Below are positions 11,865-24,914 of a stretch of 64,000 nt of DNA, piece by piece (positions within the stretch are counted from its first letter, which is position 1; each line of letters begins with the position of its first letter). The notes below the pieces were generated by a model that was given only the letters and a program-made list of their open reading frames with translations, made no database searches and was not told where the DNA came from. A program made the translations under genes and the position numbers. The stretch is from positions 3,658,001 to 3,722,000 of the forward strand of contig JAQFVV010000006.1 in NCBI GenBank assembly GCA_028023455.1, given 5' to 3'. The DNA comes from Epiperipatus broadwayi. Its lineage: Eukaryota > Animalia > Onychophora.

Positions 11865-12376
11865 CATTGGATGAGTAGGCATTAGATAGGGATTTTATGC
11901 ACAAGCCTTCTGGCATCCATTGATTAATCTGTTTAGCACAGGTGGCAATACTGTATGGAGAGTTTTGCTCTGTTTATCAACAATTAATGTGCTAGTATAG
12001 GAAATGTGATCATGTGATGCTTAATGGTTTAGATATTAATATCATTTGAAAATTCTTTGATAACTTTTTGATGACTTTTGTAAGATATTGTATTGAAATA
12101 ACAGAGCAGATTGAGAAAGTTGAAATAAAGGTATTTTAAGAGATTTCACATTTCTATTATTTTTACTTGTAAATTTAATATTAGAAATCTGATTTGAATA
12201 AGATATACTGTGTATTTTCCTCATTTTCTTCTATTTAGTTGAAAATAGATATAGGTACATGGAATGCTTTTCTTCAAAAGTATTCATATTTATTACAACG
12301 TCACTCTGAGAGGTAAAGCTGGCTTAACTTATCACTTCCGTTGGTACATATAACATGATCTTTCATTCAACGAATC

Positions 12377-12474
12377 TTTTTTTTTTCATATGTCAAATGC
12401 GTTGACTGGGGAGTGAACCCAGGCCAGCTGCTTGGAAGGCGGCTATGCTAACCACTATTTCACCAATGCTTTTG
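12377..12474 (-). pseudogene. tRNA-Gly(UCC)-derived SINE/pseudogene (tRNA body 12398-12469)
   Basis: GCATTGGTGAAATAGTGGTTAGCATAGCCGCCTTCCAAGCAGCTGGCCTGGGTTCACTCCCCAGTCAACGCA closely resembles metazoan tRNA-Gly(TCC). It has mismatches in the acceptor and anticodon stems and is followed by the SINE tail tgacatatga and poly(A). Confidence 0.85.
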
Positions 12475-12769
12475 ATCATTTCTTAATTCTATATACTTTA
12501 TTTTTTCCTGAAGTTACATTCTAGCTTGGTGCTCATATAATTCTTTGTATGTAATAGTTATTTCAATTAAAAATTCATCTTGTGATTCTGCACAATTGTT
12601 TTAGTATGATGTGCGATTTCATTTTATTGATTTAAATTTCTATTGACAATTTTTATGGAAATTTTAATTTATTGTAAAATATGGCATAGTAAAAACAAAT
12701 AAAATTTAGTTTAAAATATTTCAATTTTTATCACTTTATCTAGGATGAATGTTTTACAAGGCAGATTAT

Positions 12770-13075
12770 TATTATTATTATCATGACCACTACTACTATT
12801 ACTACTACCACCACCACACCACCCCACCTCCACCACCGCTGCCACCACTGCCACTACCACCATGACCAATACCACCACCACTACTACCACCACTACCACT
12901 ATTATTATTACTACTTCTATTCCTACTACCCACTACCACTTCTACTACTACTACAACCACTACCAGCAGCTACCGCTGCCACAGCAGCCACCACCACTGC
13001 CGCCAACCACCACCATCACCGCCGCCGTTGCCACTACCACCACCATCACTGCCGCCGTTGCCACTACCACCACCT
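12770..13075. repeat. Compound trinucleotide low-complexity tract (ATT/CTA/CAC/GCC)
   Basis: Direct reading; includes an internal ~30-bp duplication. Confidence 0.95.
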
Positions 13076-13649
13076 GAAATTTTTATACAAAATTGTAAAT
13101 GAAAGTGTAATTTGCTAAAATCTGATAACAAATGTTTCATTTAATGTAGTCGGACATAAAACTAGGACTTCAGTTCTTTTTTAACTTAAAATCTGTTACT
13201 AACTACTCTTACATTTTCTCTATTGTTTCAGTTATTGGACTCTTATAATAAAGATTTTTGCAATAATAATTAGTTTAATTTAAATGATAAGAATTATAAT
13301 ATGATTTTTGTTAAGAAATATAACACTTAATTTATTATAGTGATGACATATGGCATCTTCCCCCCCCCTCATATTTGAAATCTGCATTATTTATATATGT
13401 ATTTTTCTTTGTATAATTCTATATGTATTACCTAATTTATGTGCAATCTATAATTGGCATATAATGCTTTGGAATTGTACATTAAATAAATAAATTGAAT
13501 TGAATTATTATTATTATTTACTCTTTTTCTTGTATTATTTTATTTATTTATTTTGCATCATTTTTATTTTTTAAAATTCTAATTTAATACATTTTCATAA
13601 TCGTTGTTGTTTTTAAATTACTGGATCGATTTATTTATTTATTTATTTT

Positions 13650-14006
13650 GTAAATTATGTAAAGAAGGAATAGAAAATATTAGGCATTTGTTAATTGAAT
13701 GTAAATGCTTGAAAACAGAAAGGGTACATATAATGAAGTTATGGAAGAATAAATATGAAAAAGTGATTATACAGGAAGTGAATTATTGGTTTTTATGTTG
13801 GGTTTGGGAAGATAAGGGGGAATTAGATATTAAGGCTATAGAGTTGACAAAGATTATGTTGTGGAAATGGGATAGAGCAGATTATGGGTAAATTTAGAGT
13901 GGGGAATGTAAAAGAAAGTGGCTAACAGGTTTATCTGGGCATACTTGCTGAGATATTCTTGACTTCGTTTAAGGAGAAGCCACAATACATCACATCACAT
14001 CACATC
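13650..14006 (+). mobile_element. Second 3' fragment of the LINE at 5067-5890
   Basis: CKLCKEGIENIRHLLIECKCL; high nucleotide similarity to 5525-5880; (ACATC)n tail. Confidence 0.85.
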
Positions 14007-14469
14007 TATTGAGCGACTGAGTTTACGATTATTTTTATTTTATTGTCATTGTTTCAAGAGAAATTATTTCATTTGTTTATGTTAATATGTATTTCTTTTA
14101 TTGTTCTTTTTTGTTTAAGCTCATAACCAATTATTCATAGTGTAACAAACACCGATCTGTCATTTAAGAAAAATCTAATATATTTGTACTTTTAGATTTT
14201 TTGCTATTTCGATTTTAATCGTTTTACTTCATCATTTTTTTAAAAACATTTTTGAAAATAATTGTTACATTTGCATAACACCTTTCTTTGGATTTTGAGG
14301 CCCTGGGCATACATATAGAATTGGACTCCCAGTAAATAAAAAGTGAAAACTGAATAAAATCTTTTATTTTTTAATATAAGAAACACGTATAACATTTATT
14401 CTTATCTAAATAGTAATACTTAATTTATAACACATGAATATTAATATAAAAGCAAAACAAAATCTATTA

Positions 14470-14760
14470 TCTACTGGGCATATTTTTTGCACACAATCTT
14501 TTGAGATTGCAGCAGCTACATGATGAAATGCGTAAAATTAAAGAATCATATGTAATCAAAAGTACTTCTTACGGGGCAAACTCTAAATTAACTAGCTTTT
14601 CTATTAGTTTATCCTGGTCTACATAATAATCATTTTAACGTTTATCGATTAGTTTTTATATACAGTTTTTTTGCCTTGATAAGGACTTAGGTCGAAAGCG
14701 TTAGGCATTTATTAATATTATATAAGTTTATAATATCTCTGTCAGTAACAGCAGCTGTGT
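14470..14760 (+). mobile_element. PLE 3' remnant (GIY-YIG C-terminus plus pLTR hammerhead-like motif)
   Basis: Reads EMRKIKESYVIK...N, followed by tgcc-ttgataa-ggac ttag gtc-GAAA-gcgtt-aggca at 14672-14707. Confidence 0.55.
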
Positions 14761-15639
14761 TTTTTTAATCATTGCTATTATCTAACTTAAATTTAAGTTT
14801 TCGCATAATTTATTTTTTATAGAAAACAACGTTAGATTGGATAGTCTCTCTTGTGCCTTTGTGGATCTTAAATTTTGACAAACTACATATTGACTCAGCA
14901 GTAGTTATGGGAATTGTTAATAAAATTCTTAAAATAATACTTAAATTGAGACATGCATTTTCTGTTAGATAAATTTTTTTAAGGAATTAATCCTCGCCCG
15001 GTGACCGACCCTTGGAACGCTACTATATTTGCAATTAAAAGTGAAACTTCACAGTCAGTTTAGAACTCTGTGCGATCGTTGAGGGAATTTTATCTGATAG
15101 TGAATTGTATTTTTATTAGATTACTTCAACTTTTATCGGTTTTGTTTCCTAATATTATTATTAGCTGCTTTCTTATTTATATTATCGGTTACATTCCCGT
15201 TTTTATCAATTAATTTTGTTTAAGTTTTTCCTAGGCTTTATATAGGATCATTACCAACAGTTATGCATTCAGGAAACCGCTTTTAATTTTTCCTTTGCTT
15301 TCAATTTAGACTTTGAATTTGAGGTGAATCAAATTTAAAAAGCTTTTTCAGTTTTTAATTAGTTTAGAATTTAACTATCGGATAGTCAACCTATAGCCAA
15401 TCTAATTAGCAATCCAGTTATTTATTTGTTGAAAGGGGATCTAGTTGTCTAATTATTTTGCTCAAAGGATTGCTCATCTAATTAGTAAGTACTGCTTCTC
15501 CTTTACTGTTTTGTATCTCAGAGAGATCTTTAATAAATATTTGAAGTTTGATAGCTGTTAAACAAGTAATTTTAAATCATATATTTAAATGTATATAAAG
15601 AGAAAGAGGTGAGATTAAACCAATAATTAACCAGTAGCA

Positions 15640-16285
15640 AGTCTCTCCAAACAGTAGTGTTAACCAGGGCAAACCATGATCATTGATGGATGCTAGAAGG
15701 TTTGTATTTTGAAATCTCCATATAGTGCTTACTCATCTAATATCCCAGACTAGTGTCGAGTTTGTAGCCTTCATCAGTGGTGAGCCTTGGATCTGAAAGC
15801 ACTGCACTTAGATCTTTGGATCTAATGCAACTTTCCAGAAGCCACCTTTTACCTTTCTAATTAACTCTAAAATTATGAGACCAAAATGAAAACACAATAA
15901 TGTTTTTATTCCAAGCTTATTCACTTGTATAGTGATATAGATTTTACCCCTGTTCAATGTCTATACATTTTGATATCAAGTACCATCATTCTTTGGCCAG
16001 AATTGGTATTAAACCATTAAAACATCACTTGACCACCATTTGTTATATTTACACAATTTATTAAAACAATAGCAGCTTTCCTCAAATAGTAGTGCCACTT
16101 AGTGCAAGCCATAGTAATCAATAGATTCTAAAAGGTTTGTGCATCAAAATCCCTATCTAGAGCAATAACTCCAGACTAGTTTCTAGATTGTCGCCTTCAT
16201 CAATGAGAAGTCTTGGATCAATGTCGCTATGGTAACATTGTGTAAGTATAAGAAATGGTGATCATACAATATCTTAGTAGTTCAA
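15640..16285 (-). mobile_element. Family A element, ~1.4 tandem monomers plus inverted tail, diverged
   Basis: cagactagt at 15746 and 16172 (426-bp period); tail gtgatcatac at ~16260. Confidence 0.85.
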
Positions 16286-17025
16286 ATTAATATTATTAAA
16301 TAAGTATATGGGTTATAGGAAGAGCTACATTGATTTTTAATGAAATTATATGCACTCAAATGGTTTTATTGCTCATGAGATCATAAAAGTTTTGAGCTCC
16401 ACAAATGACAGCTAAAACCATAATTCATGGATCTTGAGATTTCTACTTCCACACTGAACCATGCATGATTTAATAATCTAATTTAGAATATAGGTATATC
16501 TGAACTAACAATAATGTGAAAACTTTTAGACTAATAACTATTAGTAAACATTACTATATTTTTTAAAAGTCGGTAATGAATACAAATTCTACTGGAAATC
16601 ATAGTAACATGTTTAATAAATAATGAATAATTATAAATATATTTTAGAAAGTAGTATGACTGGACCATTAAAGATATTAATTTGGCAGGTGTATCTTAAA
16701 AATTCTTTTTTTAATAACGTCTTTATTACAATAGAATGTTAGGCTCGATAGCTAAAGTTCTATGGATCTCAGCTTGACTCTGTTACTTTTAATGCTTAAA
16801 TATTTTAATAACTTTCTAAATAATAAATCATTTGGTTACTTTATTAAATGTATTTTATTGAGTGGTAAAAAATTGATACCATTAAAAATTTGATAATGTT
16901 AAACAGTATTTTCTCAGTCAATTATGAAAACTATTGAATAGCACTATATTTTATATTTTGGTCAGTCATAATATAACTTGGAACAATATTTGATAAGTTT
17001 GTATACTGATATTTGAATTACATCT

Positions 17026-17630
17026 GAAAGTGTGTAATGATGGTATATTAGATGTAATAATATGTTGGCTATTTCCATCATCTATCAGTAAATGTTGAAT
17101 ATATAGAAAATTTTAAATTTTATTTAAACTTTTCAAATACAAACAATTTGTTAGAGATAATTCAGGTTAGTAATTGCACAACATTTCAAGTAGTAGTATT
17201 CTCCACTCTTCTTCTGGTGTTTCTGGTCTGATCGGTGACAATATTAGTATAGGAGTTGAACTTACACCTTTAGATTCTCGAATATTGAATTTTAAGGCAC
17301 TTCTCCAGCCAACAGACAGAATATCCCACTTGGTTAGAGCATTACCTTAAAATTCGACATTCAAAAATGTAAAGGTGTCAGTTCAACTCCTATGCTAATA
17401 TTCTCACTGGTCAGGCCAGCAACACCTGAAGAAAAGTGGCAAATAATATTACTTGAAATGTTGTGCGATTATTAACCTGTGTTGTCTATTTGCATGTTAT
17501 TACTAACAAATTGTTTTCTATTTGAAATTTTTTAATAAAGTTTAAAATATTTCATGCAGTTAACATTTAGTGATAGATGATCGAAATAGTCCAACATATT
17601 ATCACATTTGAATTACAATCTTACACTATA
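17026..17630. mobile_element. ~600-bp fold-back MITE
   Basis: Long imperfect inverted arms around a centre at ~17320; second copy at 41860-42395. Confidence 0.8.
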
Positions 17631-19061
17631 CAATTACATTGTAATGATAATACATTGTTCTTTAGTTTTTTTTTGTATCTAGCTATCAGGAATTTAAAAA
17701 AAATGAGAAAGGTCTATTGTGCAAAACCCCTTTTATGCTGATTTTTTTATTGGCTGAGTGATGTAAAAGTCTAAACTTTTAATTGGACAATTCACAAAAC
17801 TCAACGGTCAAACAGTCAAAATATATTCATCTTTTAATGTTATATTCACTTTAGTTTCATTTGTAAAAAGTATATTAATAATTTGTCAGCTTATGAAAAT
17901 GAGCAAAAGTTTTTTCAAAAATAAATTGTTTTTTATAATTATAAAAATATTTGATAGCGGAAAATGTATAACGAATTCTATTGACCAACGAAAATGCGCC
18001 CTTTGATTTCTTTGACAATTTTACAGTGGAGAAAAAGTAAATAATTTTTGTTAAAGACTTAAGTATTTTTCTAAAATAATTTTAATTTTAACATATTTTA
18101 TCAAAATAATTTATAATTTGTCAAAAAATATGTTTAAAATGGTCTAAAGCATTTGTTTATTATTTTCAAAATGAAACAAAAAGAAATTGTAACTTTTCAG
18201 TTATTGACATCCATTTTCTTTGTTGTTGAAATGTAACAGCCAATAAGATTCAAGAAGAGAATAACTATATTGTTTTGTTATACTTCAAATGATCATTTTA
18301 TTGATTTTTTACTTGTAAAATAATTCAAGAGAAGGCAGCATCTTACGGAACTTTTTATAATTTTTTAAATGATGGTAAAACTTTAACCATAGCATTAAAA
18401 GTGATGGGATTTGGATGGTCAGAAGCTGATGCCATATTGTCACATTTTTAACCATGACTAGCAAAAATTGGGTTAAATTTGCAAAACTTAAATTGCACAA
18501 AATGGCAGTACTTACTTATTTAAATTTTGTGTGTATGTAAAGCATAAATGATTTAAAGGCTTCTTTTTTGCTTAAACAAATTGGTAGTTCTTTTGTGAAC
18601 ATGGTGGTGCAGAACATTTGACATGTTTTAAAAGCTATTACCACAATTTTAAATTGTAGAACAGAATTTGGTAAAATTAAGATGGCTTCCCATTACTTCA
18701 ATCATGGTTTAAAAATAAACTTCAGTCAACAAAGATTTTGTTAATTTTTTCTTTTCACTGATTTGGCCGGATTTGCTTTACACTGTCCAATAAGAAATTC
18801 TTCATTCTCATTGCTTATTCATTTTATTATTTTTTCAATATTTGCAAAATTCAAATATAATTTTTTAGAATGTTTTTCATTGTAAATGTATATTGCTACA
18901 AATCAAGTTCAATTTATTAAGTTCTAATATAGAATAAAAGTTTAATACTAAAATCAAGTTGTTGAATAATTATCCACCAGGGAAAATGTTAATCTATTAA
19001 AGATTAAAATTTTAAAAATGAGCTAATATAGAGCATAATAATTGCATTTATTCATAATATA

Positions 19062-19459
19062 AAACAGGCAAAATTCACTATACCTATTGCCACACACAGC
19101 AAGTAGAGTAATCAATGGATGCCAGAAGGCTTGTGTATAAAATCCCCATCTAGTGCCTACTCATTCAACATCCCCAGACTAGTTTCTAGCTTGTGGCCTT
19201 CGTCAGTGAGGAGCCTTGGATCTGAGAGCACTGCACCTAGATCTTAGGATCTAATTCAACCCTCTAGCAGCCAGCTTTTATCTCTACTTAACTATAAAAC
19301 TATGAGTCTTAAATTGAAAACACCTTAATGTTACCAATCCAAGCCTTCTGGCATCCATTAATTACTCTAGCTTGCTGTATGTGGCAATACGTATAGTGAG
19401 TTTTGCCTGTTTTAAAACAGTTATAAGCAAGCATAAGAAGTAATGGTCATGTGATGTTC
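19062..19459. mobile_element. Family A element with intact minus-strand hammerhead (19171-19212) and 12-bp TSD
   Basis: TSD attcataatata at 19050-19061 and 19460-19471; CUGACGA/GAAA/ACUAGU/GUC intact. Confidence 0.92.
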
Positions 19460-20439
19460 ATTCATAATATACTATATATATATGCATTAGTAGTATATTT
19501 TCTTTTCTTGACTTAATTTTTTCAGTTTTAGATGATAAGTTCGGATACCAAATAGATTCAGCCATTATTTAGAGTGACCCATAAAAGGGTTGGGTATATC
19601 TGCCCTTAGTTCATAAAGAAGTCATTAGTTGCCAAAAAAGACGGACCATAGATTAGGCTAAAATGCTATATATAAAATATTACTTAGTACAATTCAGAAA
19701 AAGTACACTTTAAAACGAAACAATATTTTTTTTAATGTGTGTGTGTGTTTCTGTGAGCTGTTTTTGTAGAAGAGTTATATTCAAGATTTAATGTCTTATA
19801 CCTTTTATATTTGTTACTTCTCGCGCGGTTTTATATTATTAATAAATTAATTTTATTTATTATTAATAAAATAGCTTCATCTTTATACATCAAATTAAAT
19901 TATTCAGTATATAAATTTATTCAACTAAAAAGAGATAACGCATAAATAAATATTGATAAAAAAATTATATAAATATTTTTGTTAGCTTTTTGTATTTGTT
20001 TTCTTAAACATATATAAAATTTGATTCAAAAAATTTAAGTCATAAATAATTTTTTAAAACTTGCAATATATTTTAAAATTATTTTTTTTATAAATAATAA
20101 GCACATACATTTGTATATATTTATATATGTATACACATAGAAGGTCGAGATTAATTTCAGCATTGTTTTGATTATAGCAACTTCTTTTACAGTGATGAAA
20201 ACCAATTCATATTGGATTAGTACTTTTGTTTTATAATTAGTACTTATAATTTACTTGATCAACCCAGCTTAATCTGAGATCTTTATCTCCTAGATAAAAA
20301 TATACCCATTTACTGACCAAATCTGGATAGTTGTGTTTGCTCTGGACCAGCTATTTGAACCATGATAAAGATATATGTTCACTAATATGCCACAATCTCT
20401 CAATGACCAAAGCTTTGATACTTATGAACATTACACTAA

Positions 20440-20725
20440 ACAAAATTTCACAACAATATTATTAAATGGCATATGTGCAGGATGTCATTGATGTATTATT
20501 CTATGGGAGTTAGTACAACCACAATGTCTAACCTATGAATACAACATTTCACACAATTTCACACAAACTGAAGATAATTTGTATCTATTTCATAACATCT
20601 TGTGATACATTGATTACCACACATCAAAAAATATATATGTAATAAATGATGGGTTTTTAGTTATGCAATATTTATTATCACATAAGATGTAATATAACAA
20701 ACATTTTTCTTTTCATATGAGGATG
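20440..20725 (+). repeat. ~290-bp dispersed repeat; inverted copy at 23530-23800
   Basis: Shared blocks, e.g. aatgtctaa.ctat.aat...acatttca and tgatgggtttt.a.ttatgcaatatttatt..cacataa. Confidence 0.65.
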
Positions 20726-21209
20726 GTCTGTATTTTTGAGTTGATTGATAGTCACTTTATGAAGAATGTCAAAACATCAGGGGTGTGTAAATGAAGAAAT
20801 TTTCTTTTTTAATATATATATAAATAAAATGAATTTTTCCAAATGCTATTAATATCAATGCATCAATCTCTTTATCAAATAGTCTGGAAAATATAAACTG
20901 GCCATATATAAGAACAACTTATATATATATATATATAATATTTAATAAAATATATTCTACAAGAGTATGTGAACAATGATCAACTATTGCATAATAAAGT
21001 TTTTTTTATAAACCAATATTTATTACTTTGCTTAGCCAGGCTTTTGGTACAGCATATCTTTGTCAAAGCATGCTGTATCACAAGCATGTTTCAGCAGAGT
21101 AAAAAATATTGTTTTATACCAAGAATTTATTACCATAATAGTTGGTAATTATCTATATACTCTTGTAGAATATATTATATATAGAACAATAAAAATAATA
21201 AATATAATG

Positions 21210-21543
21210 GTAATTAATGATTATATATGGTTTTTCAATCCACAGAAGTACTTTCAATTATTTCTTTAACCCTCCTCAACTGTCATTAAATTCAAAAAAC
21301 TTTGCAGAAGCAAACATCATCAATTCAAATCCCATGAATCCTGAATTTTAATGTTATCAGTTTATCTATTATATTCACATTGCAGATCAGCTTCTAATGT
21401 TAAAATTCGGGATTCATGTGATTTGAGTTGATGATGTTTGCTTCCATTATGTTTTTTTTTAATTTAAAAGCAGTTAAGAAGGGTTGAGGAATTGACTGAA
21501 AGTATTTCTACAGATTGAATGACTGTATATCATAGTTAATTAC
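21210..21543. mobile_element. ~335-bp hairpin MITE
   Basis: Inverted arms, e.g. gcaaacatcatcaattcaaat / atttgagttgatgatgtttgc, extending to gtaattaa / ttaattac. Confidence 0.75.
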
Positions 21544-21823
21544 TATTATTTTTATTGTTATTACAAAAGTTTTTTAATTAATGGATATTTTGTTTGTAAT
21601 ATATATATATATTAATTTGAACATAACTATTTGGCTATTAAATTAAATACCCTAAAGGTTGAGCAAAGAATCAACAATACAGTAAATTTAAGGTATTAAA
21701 ACAGAGATTCTGTCTCCAATCTCTTATAATTAATTATTAGATTAATAACTATTGAGTACCATATTCCACCTGGCTAATATTTATTAATTTTACTTTAAAT
21801 TGACCAACAATGTTGACAAAAGT

Positions 21824-21922
21824 ATGGTTGGTTACAACCATTCAAGAATAGATGGATTCATTCTATTTTGAATGGCTGGTTACAACCATTCAAGAATAGA
21901 TGGATTCATTCTATTTTGAATT
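21824..21922. repeat. 48-bp tandem duplication of a hairpin-forming unit
   Basis: ggttacaaccattcaagaatagatggattcattctattttgaat x2. Confidence 0.9.
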
Positions 21923-23529
21923 CTTTGATCACCATTTAGAATGCTTTTAATTCAAAACTGGATTTACTCCCGTTATATATATATATTGACCTATATTTAA
22001 TATTTACATATTATATATTATTTAATTACTATAAAGAAGATATTAAAAGAAAGGTTTTCTCTCCAGCCTTGTATAATTGATTACCAGTTTAATGACTATT
22101 AAGTATCATAGCCATATAAACATTAGAGCTCTAAGAATAGGTCGATTCATTGTATTCTTGATCCTTCATTCAATATTTACAGCCAGAGGGAGCTGATTTA
22201 TTCTTTATATATATATAATCAAAAACCAGTCAACACTTAGACAATACCAATAACAATCAACATTTTCAAACTGTTGTCAATGTAACCTTTTAGCTATAAA
22301 GGTGGAATATATATATTTAATATTTTCAGTTATATAATATAAATAGAGTCTTTTGTGGGTTAAATTGTGCATAATTTTGTTTATATTCTGGACATTTCAA
22401 CAAAATAGCATTCGTCATTATCAAAGTTAAGGTCTTAAAGAAGAACTGTTAAGTCATAAGTAATAGCGAGATTGAACGTGAAGTAAAGAATAATCATTTA
22501 CATATATATGGTGGTTGATTATTCAGAATAGGTGGCTTAATAACATTTTTATTTCCTTCAGTTTTATAATTAATTGATTTCAAGTTGATTTTAAAAGAAA
22601 GAGATAAAATAAGCGGTCGCCATAAAGCCGGAATACGTTATGCTTCTCTAGATTTATTTAATGTTTTTTCCATATTTCAATAATACATGATTTAACCCGA
22701 AAAGACATATATATTAATTTGATTTATAAATATCAAACTTTCTGCACTTACAATTCGGACAGTAATCTCTTCACATAAATACATTAAGGATTATTACTAA
22801 TCATTTATTAAATTAGATATTATTCCTCCAGATATTATCTTTAAGTCTCAGTTAAAGATTATTATGTCTGGATTTTTAAATTAAACATAAACACATGGAA
22901 TAATTCAATCTCATCTCCCTTTCTTTTTTTTTTCAGTAAGTTATATCTTTTTAAAAATACAACTTACATTCCATATTCTTAAAACAAGTGAATAAAAAGT
23001 ATTTGAAACATACAAATTCTATCAAGATGCATTTCATACTAGCATTTGCCAATTTGCCCAAGTCTCACAAGATTAGTACTAATTATTAAAATATTTATCT
23101 GAAGTGGTTGGTGTCAAAGTTGTGAATGGAGAATGTCTGATGCTTGTGAATCAAACTGTAATTTATGGTGTGTGTAAGAAATTGTGATCTATGCTAACTG
23201 AAAAATACTTGTTCGGTATGAAATGCGTCTTGAAGATTAATTAAGCTCTTTAGAATGTCTTTATTCATATATTTTAAGAATGTATTGTAATTTGGAAGGT
23301 ATAAGAATATCTCTATATTACAAAGAAATCAAGTCATATGTTACATGACCTAATATATATATAATTACGTGTGTTTGTGCGTTTAATAAATAAAAGTAGT
23401 CATTGTACTATAACTATTCCTATAAATATGACTGTTTCTTACACAAGGAGAATATATATATAACTATGTCTGTGTGCGTAGTAAATAAAAGTAATCATTA
23501 TATTGTAACTATTCATCATAAATATGATA

Positions 23530-23800
23530 TTATTTCTCACACAAGAAGAACAATGTTTGCTCACGTTGCAACATTTTATGTGTCAATAAATATTGCATAA
23601 TTAAAAACCCATCACTTATTATATATGGACTTGTTATTGTTTAGCAATCAATATTTCGTAAGATGCTGCGATATGGATACAAGCTATATTCAGCTTGTAT
23701 GAAATATTATGAAATGTCATATTGATAGTTTAGACATTCTTGCAGGCACCATTGACAACTTGCAAATGTGTCATCTAATAAAACTGTTGTGAAAGATTGC
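23530..23800 (-). repeat. Inverted copy of the 20440-20725 repeat
   Basis: Reverse-complement similarity, roughly three quarters identical by eye. Confidence 0.65.
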
Positions 23801-24914
23801 TCAGTATTTAGTTTATAAGTATCAAATCATTAGTCATTTGAGGCTTGTAGCACATTAGTTAGCATATCTTTTTATTATGGTTCAAATCTTAGCTGTATAA
23901 ACCATTTGTAATTTTTTTTATTCCCCAGAACTACTTTCTTATAATCTTTAAGCATTATAACTGTTTTTCCTGACGTTTTCCTTAAATGCAAAGAGAATTT
24001 TCACCTATTCCAATTTTAAACAATTACAAAAAATCGACAAATACGTGAAACACACTTTACAAAAAAAATGTGCTACCTGGCATCATGATTTCAGATGCTA
24101 ACATCATTTTTCAGATTGATACAGAATGGTCTTAGCAAGAGGTGTGTAGCAGAAAAAGCAAATATGACAACAGACACATTTACCACATAATGACCTCGTT
24201 TATTTTTGGGTCTCCCCCCCCCCATATATATATATAATTGTTTATTATGCTCCAAAAATATATATAATCTAGCAAATCTCTCAATTTGTCCGTGTATTGT
24301 TTATGTTTATTATTAGCTTATCCCAATGTGATTATCCATCTATACAAAGATGCTAATAACTATTCTTGTATTTTATAAAATGATTTTTGGTAGTTATCTG
24401 TTTTAATATTCCATGTGTTCAAAATAACAATTGAAATTAAAAGTGCAGATTAATGCTAGAATCAATTTAGCAGCATTCAGATTATTATCAAATAATAAAA
24501 AAATATTGTGTGTGTATATATATTGTAGCCAAAAGGAGAATCGGTTGAGATGTTGCGATCTCAGTTAAGACATCGTTTCGATGAAGTGGAGATGTGTGAC
24601 TATCCCTAACTTAACTTACAATTCGCAATGTATATAAGTTTTATATATTTCCACATAGCTAAAACTATTCTTTAATTTAATAATAGATTCTAATTTCATA
24701 AAATAATAAATACATTTCTCAGAGTTTTCCAGTAATGTGTGGGTTCTTAGTCTTATACTTTCCGAGGAAATATTTAGCAAATATATTGTTTCTTACTATA
24801 AGAGCTAATCAAGAGTAACGTAATCTGTGTTTTAAACTTAAGGCTAGCAATTTTAAATATAAAGTTGATTAATGATTTATCTCAAAGTTATATAAAATTA
24901 AGTTATATGAAATA

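Larger units (their letters stand above)
11607..12028. mobile_element. Family A element, near-perfect palindrome with 14-bp TSD
   Basis: Arms ~11607-11790 and ~11810-11979 plus a 49-nt tail. TSD ttagatattaatat at 11593-11606 and 12029-12042. Confidence 0.95.

Noticed and set aside
12398-12469. Functional tRNA-Gly gene
   Set aside because: Mismatches in the acceptor and anticodon stems and an altered T-loop; it carries the SINE tail and poly(A) instead of a T-run terminator.
12711-13118. Poly-Thr/His/Val ORFs
   Set aside because: They are translations of a compound trinucleotide microsatellite in several frames, with no domain evidence.
18250-18860. Possible DNA transposase remnant
   Set aside because: The composition looks coding-like, but there are many stops and no motif I could assign.
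22600-22650. Hammerhead-like gccg-gaatacgtt
   Set aside because: No CUGANGA core and no stem I; too degenerate to call.
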